A stretch of 63,744 nt of DNA, filler included, from Octopus bimaculoides (Eukaryota), in NCBI RefSeq assembly GCF_001194135.2. It is 7 parts of 7 records of this genome, joined end to end, with 100 filler letters (N's around TTAATTAATTAA, not from the genome) between each part and the next. Parts side by side here need not be neighbours in the genome. Positions count along the whole stretch, not along the records: positions 21,997 to 40,031 come from NC_068982.1; 6 more parts are not named here. One strand, given 5' to 3'. A program made the position numbers and the translations under genes. Position 1 is the first letter of the stretch. Every line of letters starts with the position of its first letter. Below the pieces are notes generated by a model. That model made no database searches. It was given only the letters and a program-made list of their open reading frames with translations, and was not told the DNA's origin. Below are positions 25,136 through 40,031 of this stretch, piece by piece.

Positions 25136-28100
25136 CCTCTCTCTCTCTCCCATTCTGAGTATTAACGCTGTTGTATGTGTGCGCGCGTCACCAGCCGTGG
25201 CAATAGCAGTCGAAGTATATGCCAATGATATCGTTGGCTGTGCCAATAGTATCAATCCTCGTGCAAATAGAAGCAACATCTGTTGCACTAGCATTAGAGG
25301 CCGGGCTGATAGCAGTAATTTGAAGAATTTTTCTTTCTTTCGATTTTTTCCTTCTCTTTTTCTCATTCTTTTTTTTTTCTCCTTCTAACAACAAGTTTTC
25401 AAAGAGAGGAGGGGTAAATCATTTTTAAACGAATCAAAACAAGAGTAAAAATGTAAAAACAAAGAAAACAAATAAACGAATAAACAGACAATTGATTCTT
25501 CATATAACTATTATGAAACCAAACAAAAAAACGTCAGCCAACATCGATAAGAAAACAAATTAACTATTAGAAATTATTTCTACAGAAACATAGGGTTTAA
25601 CATACTAAGATATTATTTGAGAAGTTGTGTTATTTACATTGTTTTTTTGTTTTTTGTTTTAAGGAAAAGTGAAAAATAAGACGGTGATAAAAAGTAATAA
25701 GACGTAAGCTGGTTGTATTTAGATATTTGAAACCTGCTCGCAAAAATCAGTCCACTGTAATATTAGCGTCGGAAACGCAAAACAACAATATTAATGATAA
25801 TGATGGTGATCAATGTTCCTTTAAACTTATAATAGATAACAAGAGCAGTAAAAGAAAAACAAAAAGAAAGACAACAAAAAACTCAATAACCACATCAATA
25901 ACCACCTCGTTAACAACAAAAACTAAAACAATAACAACAATAGTAATGATAGTTGCAGTATGATCGAATATAAAAATAAAGAAATGAATAAATAAACGCA
26001 TCAACAGCAAAAAAAAACAAAACAAATTAATCACCTTGAAACAAAATTGGCAAAACTTTATCACACTTTTGCCATCTTTTACCTGTTGTTTTTCTCCCCT
26101 CATTTTGTTGAAACACCTGTAACCTTGCTATCATTCATATAACACTACATGAAGAATACGCGCGCGTGTGCGCGCGATTGTAGTGGATCGTTTATGTGTG
26201 TACGTGTGCGTTTTTTTGTTATGAATGGATAGAACTGGTCAAGGACTGGACGAAAGTACGGACACGGAGACATATAAAACTTACATATGGATCAAATTTT
26301 TTCTCGCATACACGCATCCACGCTCCTATATTTGCGTGCATATACACATACATGATGTACGTAGCATACGCAAAAATCAAATACTGATGCGCATACATAC
26401 ATACGTACGTACATACATACGTACGTACATACATACATACATGCATACATACATACATACATACTACATATATACATACATGCATGCATACATACATAAA
26501 TGTTGATAAGTATGCATACATGTGTATGTATGTAAATGTTTACATCCAAATACAAACAGATTCGCATTTCGACTGATGACATATGTATGTATATATATGT
26601 GCGTTTGAATTTATGCATGTGTGTATGTACAAATGGGTGTATGTAAATACAGATATATTTACATATATGTGTGTATTAATATATGTATGCATATTAAAGA
26701 TTTTAAAATCTTGCCGAAGCTTACAGCGATTCTTATAGTTATTTCTTCTTAAGGGAAATAGTTATGCCCCATATCATGTTCTCTCTCTTTTTCTTTTCTT
26801 TTCTACGTTTTTTTCTTTCTTTTCCATCTTCGTTTTCATTTTCTTCTGCCTCATATTGCTTCTTCTTTCTTCTTCTTCTCTTTTGAATTTTCTTGACATC
26901 CTTCAACTCCAACATCTTCAGTTTCTCTGATTCCTCTTCCTTCTCCTTGGACACTTTCAAGTGCACGTTTGGTAAAAGATTAAAAGCCAAAGACTTCAGG
27001 TAGATATAACATATTGTCATACATTCTCGACCATTCAAAACACGCTGCAAATACCGACTTCTCCACTCTTTCAGCGCACTTTATCTCCTCTCTTGACCAC
27101 TGTTAACGTTCATTCTCTCTCCATCTCTCTCTCTCTCTCTCTCTCATGCAGTTTTCTCTCTCTCCTTCTGTCTCTCTCTCTCTCACTCTCTCTCTCCATC
27201 TTTTGCTCTTTCTTCCTCAATTCCGCCCTCCTTCCTTCCAAACGTCTATCTCTCATATCTCTTCTGTTTACTTTTTCCAGCTGTAGCATTCTTTTTCTTC
27301 CCCTCCATGTATCCATTCTCTTTTTTACGCTCGTATATTTTTACACAAACTTTCTAAATTCATCTCCTTCATCGCACTGCATTACAATCCCCTCTTCCAA
27401 CTACTTATCTAGATATGAAATTAATGAATTTTTCTCAAATAACTAAAGACATTTTACTTAATAAAATCTGTTGCTTTTTTTTTTACCCCCTTTCTTCTTC
27501 GTGTCTTTAACTTCGTTTCTCCACCTCTTTTCAACTCTCACACCTCCCTGGTGCTCTATTCCCCTCCTTATACTCCGCCTTTTCTCTCTGTATCTTTTAC
27601 TCTTTCTCTCTAAAACTTAGCTCACACATATGCATTCATTCTTCCGTTACCTGTTCTACACTACGTGTTCTGACAGTTATCTATACAATTCATACATATC
27701 ACTTCTACATCACCCGGCGATCTCATTCATAAAACTTAGTGGTGCTTTCTCTTTCTTTTTCTTCCTTCCTCGTCATCGTGGTCGTCAAATTCTGTTGATG
27801 TTGTCGTTGTTACTGCTGTCTTTACTAAAATAGCATTCGGTATTTCGAGCTTTTCTAGCTTGCCTTTTACCGGCTGTAAAAATAATAAAAAAATTCACTC
27901 TTATCACTAATTCCTATCACAGCTACTATAAATCTATAAATGCAGTTAAACTTCGATCCGCATGTAAAAGAGCCCCGTTCCGTATAAGAAGGCCGAAAAT
28001 ATAGATATGGTTTGTTTTGATTTTGGCAACAAGGACGACGTCGACAGAGAAAAGACAACGGAGAAAAAGATAGTGGATTGAGGATGGGTGGTGAAAAGGC

Positions 28101-28595
28101 GTGCCATTGATGAGATGGTATCTGGATTATCAAAAATGAACACACCTCGCAGCTTGACTCCGCATCGCATCTGCTTACTTCTTGGAAATAACGTATAGTA
28201 GAAAATTTAACGACACCTACTAGTTATAGAGAGAAGACACTATCAAAACTCGTGTGCATAATATTCTTTCATTCAGATAATATAAAGTATTTATGTGTCT
28301 GCGTATTTATGTGCATGGATCTGTGCGAGCGTGCGCGTGAGTGAGAATGAATAACTCCCCTCTCTCTCTCTCTCTCTCTCACTCTCTCTCTCTCTCTCTC
28401 TCTCTCTGCTGATATAAACATACATACACGCTCTGTGCGTCTGTTTGTATATTTTTTTTTATATGAATGCCTGGATTTGTTTTTAATTAATTGCTTTCTG
28501 AATACATTTACGCGTGCGAGTATGTTTGTGTGTGCGCGCACACGCACTCGTGTGCACGTGTGTATGCATGTATGTAATACACACACACACACACA

Positions 28596-28670
<75 letters not shown>

Positions 28671-28981
28671 ATATGTCCTGTACCTGGATATGCATCTATA
28701 TATACATGTAGATGTAGGTGTGTACATATATGTATGTATATATGCATAGGCTCATATATCATTTGTATTATATATATATATACACATAGACACATGCATG
28801 TGCATACAAACATACGTATTTACATAGATGCACACACGTACACACATTTACAAACAGACAGGTTTGGCGAAACCCTGAAGGGGAGATAGAAACAGTTTCG
28901 TAAGTGACCCGCATAAAACTCTCAGTTCTGGTGTTACTTTTGTAACTTTCTGATAAGGAAAAAAGAAAAGAAGAAAGAAAA

Positions 28982-29026
<45 letters not shown>

Positions 29027-29082
29027 CAGATGCAAAAAAAACTATACATTTAAAAATATACATACATATATATTTAAAATAT

Positions 29083-29445
29083 AGGCGCACGAGTGGCTGT
29101 GTAGTAAGTAGCTTGCTCACCAACCACATGGTTCTGGTTTCAGCCCCACGGTGTGGCACCTTGGGCAAGTGTCTTCTACTGTAGCCTCGGGCCGACCAAA
29201 GCCTTGTGAGTGGATTTGGTAGACGGAAACTGAAAGAAGCTCGTCGTATATGTATATATATTTGTATATATATCACTGCTGGTGTGTTTACGTCCCCGTA
29301 ACTTTGCGGTTTGGCAAGAGGGACCGATAGAATAAGTACTAGGCTAACAAAGAATAAGTCCTGGGGTCGATTTGTTCGACTAAAAGTGATGCTCCAGCAT
29401 GGCCGCAGTCAAATGACTGAAACAAATAAAAGAATAAAAGAATAA
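29083..29445 (+). mobile_element. SINE family A, full-length with short internal TA tract
   Basis: aggcgcacgagtggctgtgtagtaag...gaaagaagctcgtcgtatatg...ggtgtgtttacgtccccgtaac...ccagcatggccgcagtcaaatgactgaaac-(aaaagaat)n. Confidence 0.9.
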
Positions 29446-29801
29446 AGAAAAAATGAAAGAATATGTGCACACACATATATACACACAGACACATGCACAC
29501 ACATAATAATCTATATGTATAGATAAAGATACACGTATTTTTGGTTATCTGTCAATTTATTGATGTGTGCGTGTGTGTGTGTGAGCCCATACGTATATAT
29601 GCATACAGAGGTATGTATATATATACAGTGTTCATTCATATGCATAAACGTGGCTGCATGGTTAAGCCGCTTGCAGTGCACCTATGTGGGTGTGTGTTCA
29701 ATCACTGCAGAACACCTCATTCACCAATACCTTGTGAATGAATTTCATGCATGCAACTGAGAGCAAGCCAGTCACACACACACGCACACGCAGATGGACA
29801 C

Positions 29802-29851
<50 letters not shown>

Positions 29852-29870
29852 GCACACACTCATACATATG

Positions 29871-30045
29871 AGGCGCAGGAATGTGGTAAGAAGCTTGCCT
29901 CTCAACCACATGGTTCTGGGTTCAGTCCCACTGCGTGGCACCTTGGGGCAAGTGTCTTTTACTATAGCCTCGGGCAAGTGTCTTTTACTATAGCCTCGGG
30001 CTGACTAAAGCTGACAGGGAAAATGAAAGAAGCCTGTCATATATA
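29871..30045 (+). mobile_element. SINE family A 5' half with an internal 26-bp tandem duplication
   Basis: gggcaagtgtcttttactatagcctc occurs at 29946-29971 and again at 29972-29997. Confidence 0.85.
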
Positions 30046-30613
30046 TATATATATGTATATATANNNNNNNNNNNNNNNNNNNNNNNNNNNNNNNNNNNNN
30101 NNNNNNNNNNNNNNNNNNNNNNNNNNNNNNNNNNNNNNNNNNNNNNNNNNNNNNNNNNNNNNNNNNNNNNNNNNNNNNNNNNNNNNNNNNNNNNNNNNNN
30201 NNNNNNNNNNNNNNNNNNNNNNNNNNNNNNNNNNNNNNNNNNNNNNNNNNNNNNNNNNNNNNNNNNNNNNNNNNNNNNNNNNNNNNNNNNNNNNNNNNNN
30301 NNNNNNNNNNNNNNNNNNNNNNNNNNNNNNNNNNNNNNNNNNNNNNNNNNNNNNNNNNNNNNNNNNNNNNNNNNNNNNNNNNNNNNNNNNNNNNNNNNNN
30401 NNNNNNNNNNNNNNNNNNNNNNNNNNNNNNNNNNNNNNNNNNNNNNNNNNNNNNNNNNNNNNNNNNNNNNNNNNNNNNNNNNNNNNNNNNNNNNNNNNNN
30501 NNNNNNNNNNNNNNNNNNNNNNNNNNNTATATATACATATATAAATATATAGATGCATGCACACACACATACACACATATATATACACACATATGTGTAT
30601 ACACACACACACG

Positions 30614-30655
<42 letters not shown>

Positions 30656-30695
30656 CATGATGATGATGATGATGATACACAGATATACAGATATA

Positions 30696-30730
<35 letters not shown>

Positions 30731-30731
<1 letters not shown>

Positions 30732-31128
30732 AGTGCTGGCATGGCTGTGTGGTATGAAGCTTGCTTACCAACCACATGGTTCCGGGTTAAGTTCCACTGC
30801 GTAGCACCTTGGGCAAGTGTCTTCTATTATAGCTTCAGTGGACCAAAGCTTTGTGAGTGGATTTGGTAGATGGTAACTGAAGGAAGCCCCTCATATATAT
30901 GTATGTATATATATATTTGTGTGTTTGTGTTTGTCCTCCCACCATCGCTTGACAACCGATGTTGGTGTGTTTAAGTCCCCGTAACTTAGCAGTTCGACAA
31001 TAGAAACCTATAGTATAAGTACCAGGCTTGCAAAGAATAAGTCCAGGACTCGATATCTTTGACTGAAAGGCGGCGCTCCAGCATGGCCACAGTCACAATG
31101 ACTGAAACAAATAAAAGAATAAAAGAAT
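30731..31128 (+). mobile_element. SINE family A, full-length
   Basis: Same head, short microsatellite linker and 3' half as 29083. Confidence 0.88.
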
Positions 31129-31319
31129 ATATATATGTATATGTGTGTGTTTGCGTTTGTCCCTTCCTTGACAACTGGTTTGGTCATTTTTACATCCTTG
31201 TAACTAAACAGTTTGGCAAAAAGACGCAAAAAGAAAAAGTACCAGACTTTACAGAAAAATAAATTCTGCAGTTGACTTGCCCCAGCATGGCCACAGTCCA
31301 GTGGCTTATCCACATGCAC

Positions 31320-31735
31320 ACACCTCTGTGCGTGTGTTTGTTTGTGCGTATGTGTGTGTGTGAGTGTGTGTGCACGCATGTATGTGCATGCATGTGTGTG
31401 CATTGTGCGCGTGCGCGCACGTGTGTGCATGTGTGTTTGTGCGTGTGTGCATGCGTATGTGTGTGTGTGCATGCATGCATGTGTACGTATGTTTGTGTGC
31501 ATGCATGTGCGTGCGTGTGTGTGTGCATGTATGCATGTGTATGTGTGTTTGTGCGTGTGTGCACACGTGCATGCGTGCATGCATATGTGTGTGTGTGCAT
31601 GCATGCATGTGTATGTATGTTTCTGTGTGTGCACTCGTGGATTTGTATGTGTGTATCTGTGTGTGTGTTTGTGTGTATGTGTGTGTTTTGTGTGTGTGAG
31701 TATGAGTGTGCGCGCACGTGCGTCTGTGTGTGTGT
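31320..31735. repeat. Cryptic (GT/GC/AT) purine-pyrimidine alternating tract
   Basis: Direct reading. Confidence 0.9.
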
Positions 31736-31919
31736 GTTGGTGCAGTGGAGTTGAATGATTGAAAAGATCATTTCGAAATCACAAAGTTTCTCACAGGATC
31801 CCATTGCTTGGCATGTGGAGCTGATTTCAATTCTTTTACAGCTTCTGATTGGCCAATACCTTGTGTGTGTGACATTCGGTATGTGGAAAACTATGAAAAC
31901 CTGTGGAATTAATTTGTGC

Positions 31920-32272
31920 AGGTAACCAGCGTCGCCTTCTAGCACTTGTGCTGGTGGCACGTTAGAAAATCATTCGAGCGAGGTCATTGTCAGTGCCACT
32001 GGACTGGCTCCTGTGCAGGTGGCACGTAAAAAAACAGCTTTTTAAGCATGGCCGTTACCAGTACCATGTGACTGGCCCTCGTGTCGGTGGCATGTAAAAG
32101 CACCCACTACACTCTCGGAGTGGTCAGCGTTAGGAAGGGCATCCAGCTGTAGAAACTCTGCCAGATCAGATTGGAGCCTGGTGCAGCCTTCTGGCTTGCC
32201 AGTCCTCAGTCAAATCGTCCAACTCATGCTAGCATGGAAAGCGGACGTTAAACAATGATGAGGATGATGATG
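31920..32272 (+). mobile_element. Retroposon with internal about 70-bp repeats and a (GAT)n tail (RTE-type 3' end)
   Basis: Three gtggcacgt/gtggcatgt..aaaa units, then gcgttaggaagggcatccagctgtagaaactctgcc...gctagcatggaaagcggacgttaaac.atgatga; same tail at about 34663-34818. Confidence 0.7.
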
Positions 32273-32524
32273 AACACCAATTCAATGATGAGAATGAGCT
32301 AATGCATGGCACAAACATTTGATCGCCCTAAACAAATCATCAATGCAAATTGTTCAGCAAGGAAATGTAGAACTGTCTTTCTCAGACTACAAAAGACCAC
32401 CAACAACTTATGATGAACCCTTCCGGTGACAACCAGCCTGTGGATGTCCTTAGTCTTACAACAGAAATTTCTTGTTTTAAAGTAATCTAAATGAAAATCT
32501 TCCATGAAAACTTCATATTAATTT

Positions 32525-32745
32525 TTGAGGAGTTGCTGAAAAGTTCCTGGTTTTGAGTAAAAGAAAATACACGAGGATCGGTTAATTATGATTTTATTCA
32601 GCATATTCCCCTCTCAGATTTACATGCTTATTGCAGTAGTCCTTCAGTTTCTCTAAGCCCTTTAAAAGAACTTGGAAGTTTGGGCCTCCAGCCAGGCCTT
32701 TCATAATACCCTTAAAGCTAGGAACTTTTTCAGCACCCACTTGTA
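32525..32745 (+). mobile_element. Mariner-type MITE
   Basis: Imperfect TIRs GAGGAGTTGCTGAAAAGTTCCTGG ... CTAGGAACTTTTTCAGCACCCACTTG|TA. Confidence 0.7.
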
Positions 32746-33673
32746 TGTTACAAACACCAGCTCAACAATGACAATGTCACATTCCGAAATTCTTCATTAC
32801 TTTTTAAAATCCTGCCACAGGTTGATATAAATAGATTATGTAGTGGAGGCTTAATAAATGTGTTCACATGATGTACTTTGTGAGACAACCAAAACACCCT
32901 CTCCGACTACTACCACGCACTACTCTTTATAAGAGTTCGGCTAGTCCATTCTTCCAATACCCCAGGGGTGTCAATGACTCTCACCGCAACAATTTTCAAA
33001 ATTAATTGAAACAAAGACGCCATTTTTCAACAGAAATATGGTAACAAGTGTTATGAAGCAGATGTGGTGCAATGATGTTTCCTTGTTGTGAGTAGTGATT
33101 GTACTTTGGCGCTAATGAAAGTGACAAAGTCGGGATATAGAGGATGCTTTCAAGGTCTCTGTTGATGGAATCATTGTGTGGCACAGAGATGGCAAGGTCG
33201 GGGAAGGCTAAACATGAATGAAGTGTAATTGTCACTAAAATATGCATAAAATGTTATAAATAAATAATTTAACACTATATTCACTTTGTTTTGTACTTTT
33301 TAAATGATGCTCTTTGACCATTAATTTTCCGTGTAATAAAACAAATTTTCTTCCTAGGCAGCAGTTTTGGAGTGTAATGGAACATAGAGAGTTCTAACTC
33401 ACTGCATTCTAATAGGCACTCTATACATACACCTATGTATACATATCTATATACACACACACATGTGTGTGTCTGTGTGTGTGTGTTTGTTTTTATGATT
33501 AGTTATAAGAAAAACAATCTTAGATTAATCTGATGGGTTACTCTATACTTTTATAGAGTACAAATCTATTATTCTTAAACAAGAATGGTATTGACAGTGA
33601 TTTTAAAGTTTCACCCAGTTAAGCCCAATGATGACTTAAATAGCTGAAACTTCAAAGTCACTGTCAACAGCAC

Positions 33674-33705
<32 letters not shown>

Positions 33706-33751
33706 NNNNNNNNNNNNNNNNNNNNNNNNNNNNNNNNNNNNNNNNNNNNNN

Positions 33752-33928
33752 TAACAGTTTAGATCTTGATTATATAAAAATATGAAACCATTATTCTATG
33801 TTAATTTAGTTAATTTTGTCAGGCTCCCTTTTCCGTTTGTAAGATAGAAATTTAAATGTAATAAAATGTTTTAAAAGAAATTTAAAGTGCCAGCATGATA
33901 ACTGTAAACTTACTAATAGGCCACCCTG

Positions 33929-33930
<2 letters not shown>
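33752..33930. mobile_element. End of a Tc1/mariner-like element
   Basis: Terminates in ccaccctg|ta, as does the MITE at 45635; the other end is lost in a gap. Confidence 0.35.
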
Positions 33931-33963
<33 letters not shown>

Positions 33964-34344
33964 ATAGGGTATATTTAAAGTAAAATTTTAGATAGGAGAC
34001 TCAGTATTATGTAATCTGATGAGGTTTCTTCTGCACTGTGGGGTGAATTGAATTCCATTATATTGTTCCCCATTCACTAGAGAGCAGTGTGGATGTAAGC
34101 CAAAACGATTGTCATTTAATATACATATATATATATATATTTATATCAACGTAAAAATCCAGTGAAATCCATGAAAATAGAATCAGTATATCCAGTTGTA
34201 ATCTGGGTGGAGTGCAGCTATGTAGATGAGGAGAGGTGTAGAAAGTTCAGGAAGTGGTTAAGATATACAAATCCAAAGAGGAGGAAGTTAAGGCAGGATA
34301 GACCGCTAAATCTATAAGATGTTTTTCATTCTCTCTCTTTATTT

Positions 34345-34480
34345 TCTCTTATTCTTTTCTGTTGAAGAGCATAGGCTCGAAATGTAAAAGACTTTTTCAT
34401 TTTCCCAAGTGTCAAACTAATACACCTGCTTGTTGCTCATACACCTGTCTTTGTCTTTTGTTTTTCTATAAATTTCAACT
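34345..34480 (+). mobile_element. Penelope-like short repeat with a degenerate minimal hammerhead (34354-34391)
   Basis: tttt-CTGTTGA-A-GAGC(ATAG)GCTC-GAAATGTA-AAAGA, followed by aaactaatacacctgcttgttg; second copy on the minus strand at 44812-44922. Confidence 0.5.
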
Positions 34481-34496
34481 ATATATATATATATAT

Positions 34497-34592
34497 CACA
34501 TTTTTCAATCTAAGTAAATTTCTAAAGCTTGTATGTGTACTATGTAGATTTATATATATTATATCATACCTCAAGCATTGTTTCACACATAA

Positions 34593-34629
<37 letters not shown>

Positions 34630-34662
34630 TATGAATATAGTGGCTTTGTATTATTTGCTACA
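34497..34662 (+). repeat. About 165-bp local direct repeat, copy 1 (copy 2 at 35475-35634)
   Basis: Near-identical except for the (GA)n tract and one substitution. Confidence 0.92.
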
Positions 34663-34877
34663 CTCTCTGAGTGGTTGGCGTTAGGAAGGGCATCCAGCTG
34701 TAGAAACTCTGCCAAATCAGACTGGAGCCTGGTCTTGCCATCCGGTTTCACCAGTCCTCAGTCAAATCGTCCAACCCATGCTAGCATGGAAAGCGGACGT
34801 TAAACGATGATGATGATATATATATATATTTATATATGCTAGCATGGAAAGCGGACGTTAAACGATGATGATGATGT
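34663..34877 (+). mobile_element. 5'-truncated RTE-type retroposon tail with a duplicated terminal about 40 bp
   Basis: Matches about 32110-32270; tgctagcatggaaagcggacgttaaacgatgatgatgat occurs twice. Confidence 0.8.
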
Positions 34878-35474
34878 TGATATATATATGATTCTTTTTT
34901 CTAAGTTATTCACTACTTAAATTATTTAGTGAACAGACTGTCACAAACCTTTGGGGAAGAAGTTTCTGTGTTATGTGTTTTTTGTGTGTGAGTGCTTTTC
35001 TTGTTCAAGGAAATATGTTTTCAGAACAACAGAAATGCTTACACACAAAATACACAGTGTATGAAAACTTCTTCTCTAAAGTTTTGTGTCATTCGGTTCT
35101 CTAGATGAGAGCAGAAAGTCAGAGGTTGTCCTTGTCCAGTCTTCTATGGAAAACATGTCTAACCAATTACTTTGACTGAAAATCGGTGAGGATTGACGAC
35201 AACAAAGACATCTGACAGTCGAAAATGTGTCTCAACAAACTTCTATTGACCCATATAAGCATGGAAAATTGGATGCTCAGTGTTACAGAACCCGAACCCA
35301 AGCTTCTTAACTACACAGCAATGTCTGTACTCATAGTAGCCCCACTTCTCTGAAACTACTGGATTTGGTATGTATTAAATGAATTGGCTCCTTGTTTCTC
35401 GGAAATTTGACAACTGATGTAAACTCTTTAATGAAACTTCTCACTGAGGGTTGATTACCAAATTAGGGCTGTTC

Positions 35475-35568
35475 CACATTTTTCAATCTAAGTAAATTTC
35501 TAAAGCTTGTATGTGTACTATGTAGATTTATATATATTTTATCATACCTCAAGCATTGTTTCACACAT

Positions 35569-35604
<36 letters not shown>

Positions 35605-35634
35605 GAATATAGTGGCTTTGTATTATTTGCTACA
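35475..35634 (+). repeat. About 160-bp local direct repeat, copy 2
   Basis: See 34497-34662. Confidence 0.92.
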
Positions 35635-35989
35635 GTTCAAGGTACACTGAGTTCAAATTATAGCAAGGTCAACTTTCAAGAGGAATATATCAATTCCTAG
35701 TTCAGAATGGCTGATTAATGGAATTATGAACACATCAGATGAAATGCCTTGTGCTGTCTATTTTGGTTCTTCTTGTGAATTTAAAATTCATTTTGATGCA
35801 CTGATCTTGTTGCAGCAAGTCCTTTTGAGCTCAGCTTGATAGTGCAATGCTACCAGTGTTGTTAGACAGATGGATGCAGTGACTGTGGCACCACCTTTGT
35901 CACTTGAATAAAAATAGGCAAACCCCTATTCTAGGACTGGGAAAAATGGGCACACATGTAGATATAGGAATTTGTGTGTGTACGCTTAC

Positions 35990-36318
35990 TAGCACTCTGT
36001 TGGTTATGACAACATGGGTTCCAGTTGATCCAATCAACAGAACAGCCGGCACATGAAATTAACTTGCAAGTAACTGAACACTCCACAGACACACATCCCT
36101 CTAACGTAGTTCCCAGGAAGTTTCAGCGTGACACAGAATGTGACACGGCTGGCCCTTTGAAATACAGGTACAACTCGTTTATTTTTTTTGCCAGGTGAGT
36201 GGACTGGAGTAATGAGAAATAAAATGTCTTGCTCAAGAACACAACATGCTTCTGGGAATTGAACTCGTGACCTTACAGTCATGAGCTGAATATCCTAACC
36301 ACTAAGCCATGTGCCTTC
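35990..36318 (-). mobile_element. SINE family D, near full length
   Basis: Reverse-complement match to 13851-14160; tRNA-like head at about 36250-36318. Confidence 0.8.
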
Positions 36319-37941
36319 ACATGTATGCTTAAGTACAGACAGGAACATACAAAGACACACACACACTCACACACGTATATTTATTTAAAGCTTGTTATAT
36401 GTAATTCTTCATGCACACATAGCAAGAAACTACGAGTAGTTCATTAACAATGTTTACACAAGCTGCCCATCTACCAAGCATAATACCATTAAGCAGTAAC
36501 CCTGATATAATTAGCATGATATGTCCATGTCTCTCCTGTTTCTCTCTTTCTCTCTTTCTTTCTTTCTTTGACTCACTCTCTCTTTCTTTCACTCTTTCTG
36601 ATAATCTTTCTCTCTCATTAAGCTGATGTCACCAGAATTGTCAGCTGATGCAAGGATTATCACATGTGTCACTACATGAAAATTTTCAGGATTTATATAT
36701 TCCCATGACTCAATTTCAATACCACCTCATCCATTTTTACTGAGAGGTTGCATAAAAGTATACTTCCCTACCAGGAACTGAAAACATCTTTTTGATGTGG
36801 TGACATTAAGAGTTGTAATTTCAATCACATATCATATCAGCTTATTATCAATACTGAATAATGTTCCTTTTCAACTTCCAGATATATTGGTTAAGTAATG
36901 TGGTATTTCTTTTGTTTCCCTTCAGAAGTAATTGATATGCTGTAAGTATTACCTTTAGAACATACTATGACTCTAGTGTACTATTTTCCAATACTACCTT
37001 TGGATTGTATTTTAACCTCATACACAAATGCCTTTCTTTATCATGGCACTTGCCATTTGGCAGGCAAAATGTTGCTGCAGTTGTATTTGGATGTTGATTT
37101 GAACTTAGTTTTTTTATATATTTAATTTTATTTTGCTTTGTTTTCTCTACAACTATAACTAACCTTTACACTTGTGTTGTTGAAGAGCCCATGGTATTTC
37201 AGAGTTTGTAGGGAAATAATTCCAGATCAGGATTAAGAGATTTTAAACTATGGGAGATGCTAAATTCCTGCTGAATTTTTCTCTTCTGCTATGTTTTCTG
37301 ATATCTCTTCCAACCCATTTTTGCCCTCACAACTTCGTTGTAAAAGTCAACGAAATGTCAAGTGATTAACTTGATCATCTAGAAACAAAGGAACTGCACA
37401 AAGAAGGAATCATTCTGTTGTTTTTAATATAACAACCGATAATATACAAGAGTCAAGTCAGTTTACCACAAAACCCTCCAATACACACACACTCAGACAA
37501 ACACTTTACTGAAACAACACTGCATTTCATGAAAAAGTAGTTAAAAGCTAACCCTATTTCAATTGACTTTCATTTTATTTCTTCATGACCAGCAGAAATG
37601 CACAAAACAGTATGAAACATTAAATCAATTTTTTAAGGAAATGTTTTAAGGATTTCTCAAAGCATGGTGTAGTTATTTTTACACACATTAAGATGCAATT
37701 TAAAGATGCAACATTTACAAAAGACAGAGGAAATAGGAAAGCAAAGAAAAAGAAAATATTTTATGAATATCATGTATATGGTATAATACAAGTATGAGGA
37801 TGGGAAAGCTATAGTTCAACTGAGCTCTCACTACATGTGTTGGGTGCAGTGGACATATTAAATACACTCATACATATATAATTATCTATCTATCTATCTA
37901 TCAATATACATATATATATATGTGTATGCATATATACATAC

Positions 37942-38773
<832 letters not shown>

Positions 38774-38845
38774 AACAGTTGTGCACATATATATACACAC
38801 ATATATATATACATATGTATACACATATATACACATGTATATATG

Positions 38846-38877
<32 letters not shown>

Positions 38878-38945
38878 CATATATATACATGGACACACAC
38901 ATATACACATAGCTATATGTATATATACACACACACATGCACACG

Positions 38946-38995
<50 letters not shown>

Positions 38996-39394
38996 TATAC
39001 ATATATTATGCATTTTCTGTTAGAATGAGTTTATAAGTCTAAAAAGTGTTGCTGATGCAACATTAAAAGCTATTATCCATCTAAATCTTTTTACCACCTA
39101 GTAATAATGCTTAAATCATTGCACTGTACACTGAACAGATCTCAGTGCAGATTTATCATTTACAAAACTGATTTTTAATTTAATTCCCATACACAGTAAT
39201 AAAATAAATTTGAATATATGTGTGTGTGTGTGTGTTTTGTTATTTTAATATTTACCTAAATATATATATTTGTTATATATATATATATATACATGTGTGT
39301 TTGTGTGTGTGTGCGCGTATAAATATATGTATATAACAGTATATAACAACTCACATATAGATACACGTATATATACACATATACTCTTTTTTTT

Positions 39395-39560
39395 CTTTTA
39401 CACATTTCAGTCATTTGACTGCGGCCATACTGGAGCACTGCCTCAAAGGGTTTTAGTTGAAGAAATTGACCCCAGGACATTGTTAGTAAGACTAGTACTT
39501 ATTCTTCTGAACCACTAAGTTACAGAGATATAAACATACTAACATTGGCTGTCAAGCGAT
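39395..39560 (-). mobile_element. SINE family A 3' half
   Basis: tttcagtcatttgactgcggccatactggagcactgcc...agtacttattct...actaagttac is the reverse complement of the family A 3' half. Confidence 0.8.
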
Positions 39561-39992
39561 GTGGGGGGGGGGGGCAAATACACACACATACACACACACA
39601 CAAATATACATACATAATACATATATATATATATAACAATTGCAGTGTGTAAAGTGTTTATAAGCCATTTAAAAACAAACAAAAACCGTTAAATTCACTT
39701 CAACATTTAAATTTAATTTGCCAAAATATTTTTGTTGCTTTGAGATCATGACCTGTTCCCTGACAAAATTCTATGCAGCACAGAATTGTGTCAGTGAACA
39801 GGTTGCGGTCTCAAAGCAATAAAAATATTTTGGCAAATTAGATTTAAATGTTGAAGTGAATTTAACGGTTTTTGTTTGTTTTTAAATGACTTATAAACAC
39901 TTTCCATGCTGCAATTGTTTTTGTTCCAGCACACAATCTCAGATCAGGTCACTTGCTATGTAAGTACATCTCCGTAATATACATACATATAC

Positions 39993-40031
<39 letters not shown>

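Noticed and set aside
28868-28900. CTGAAGG...GAAAC hammerhead-like string
   Set aside because: The core is not CUGANGA and there is no stem II or stem I pairing.
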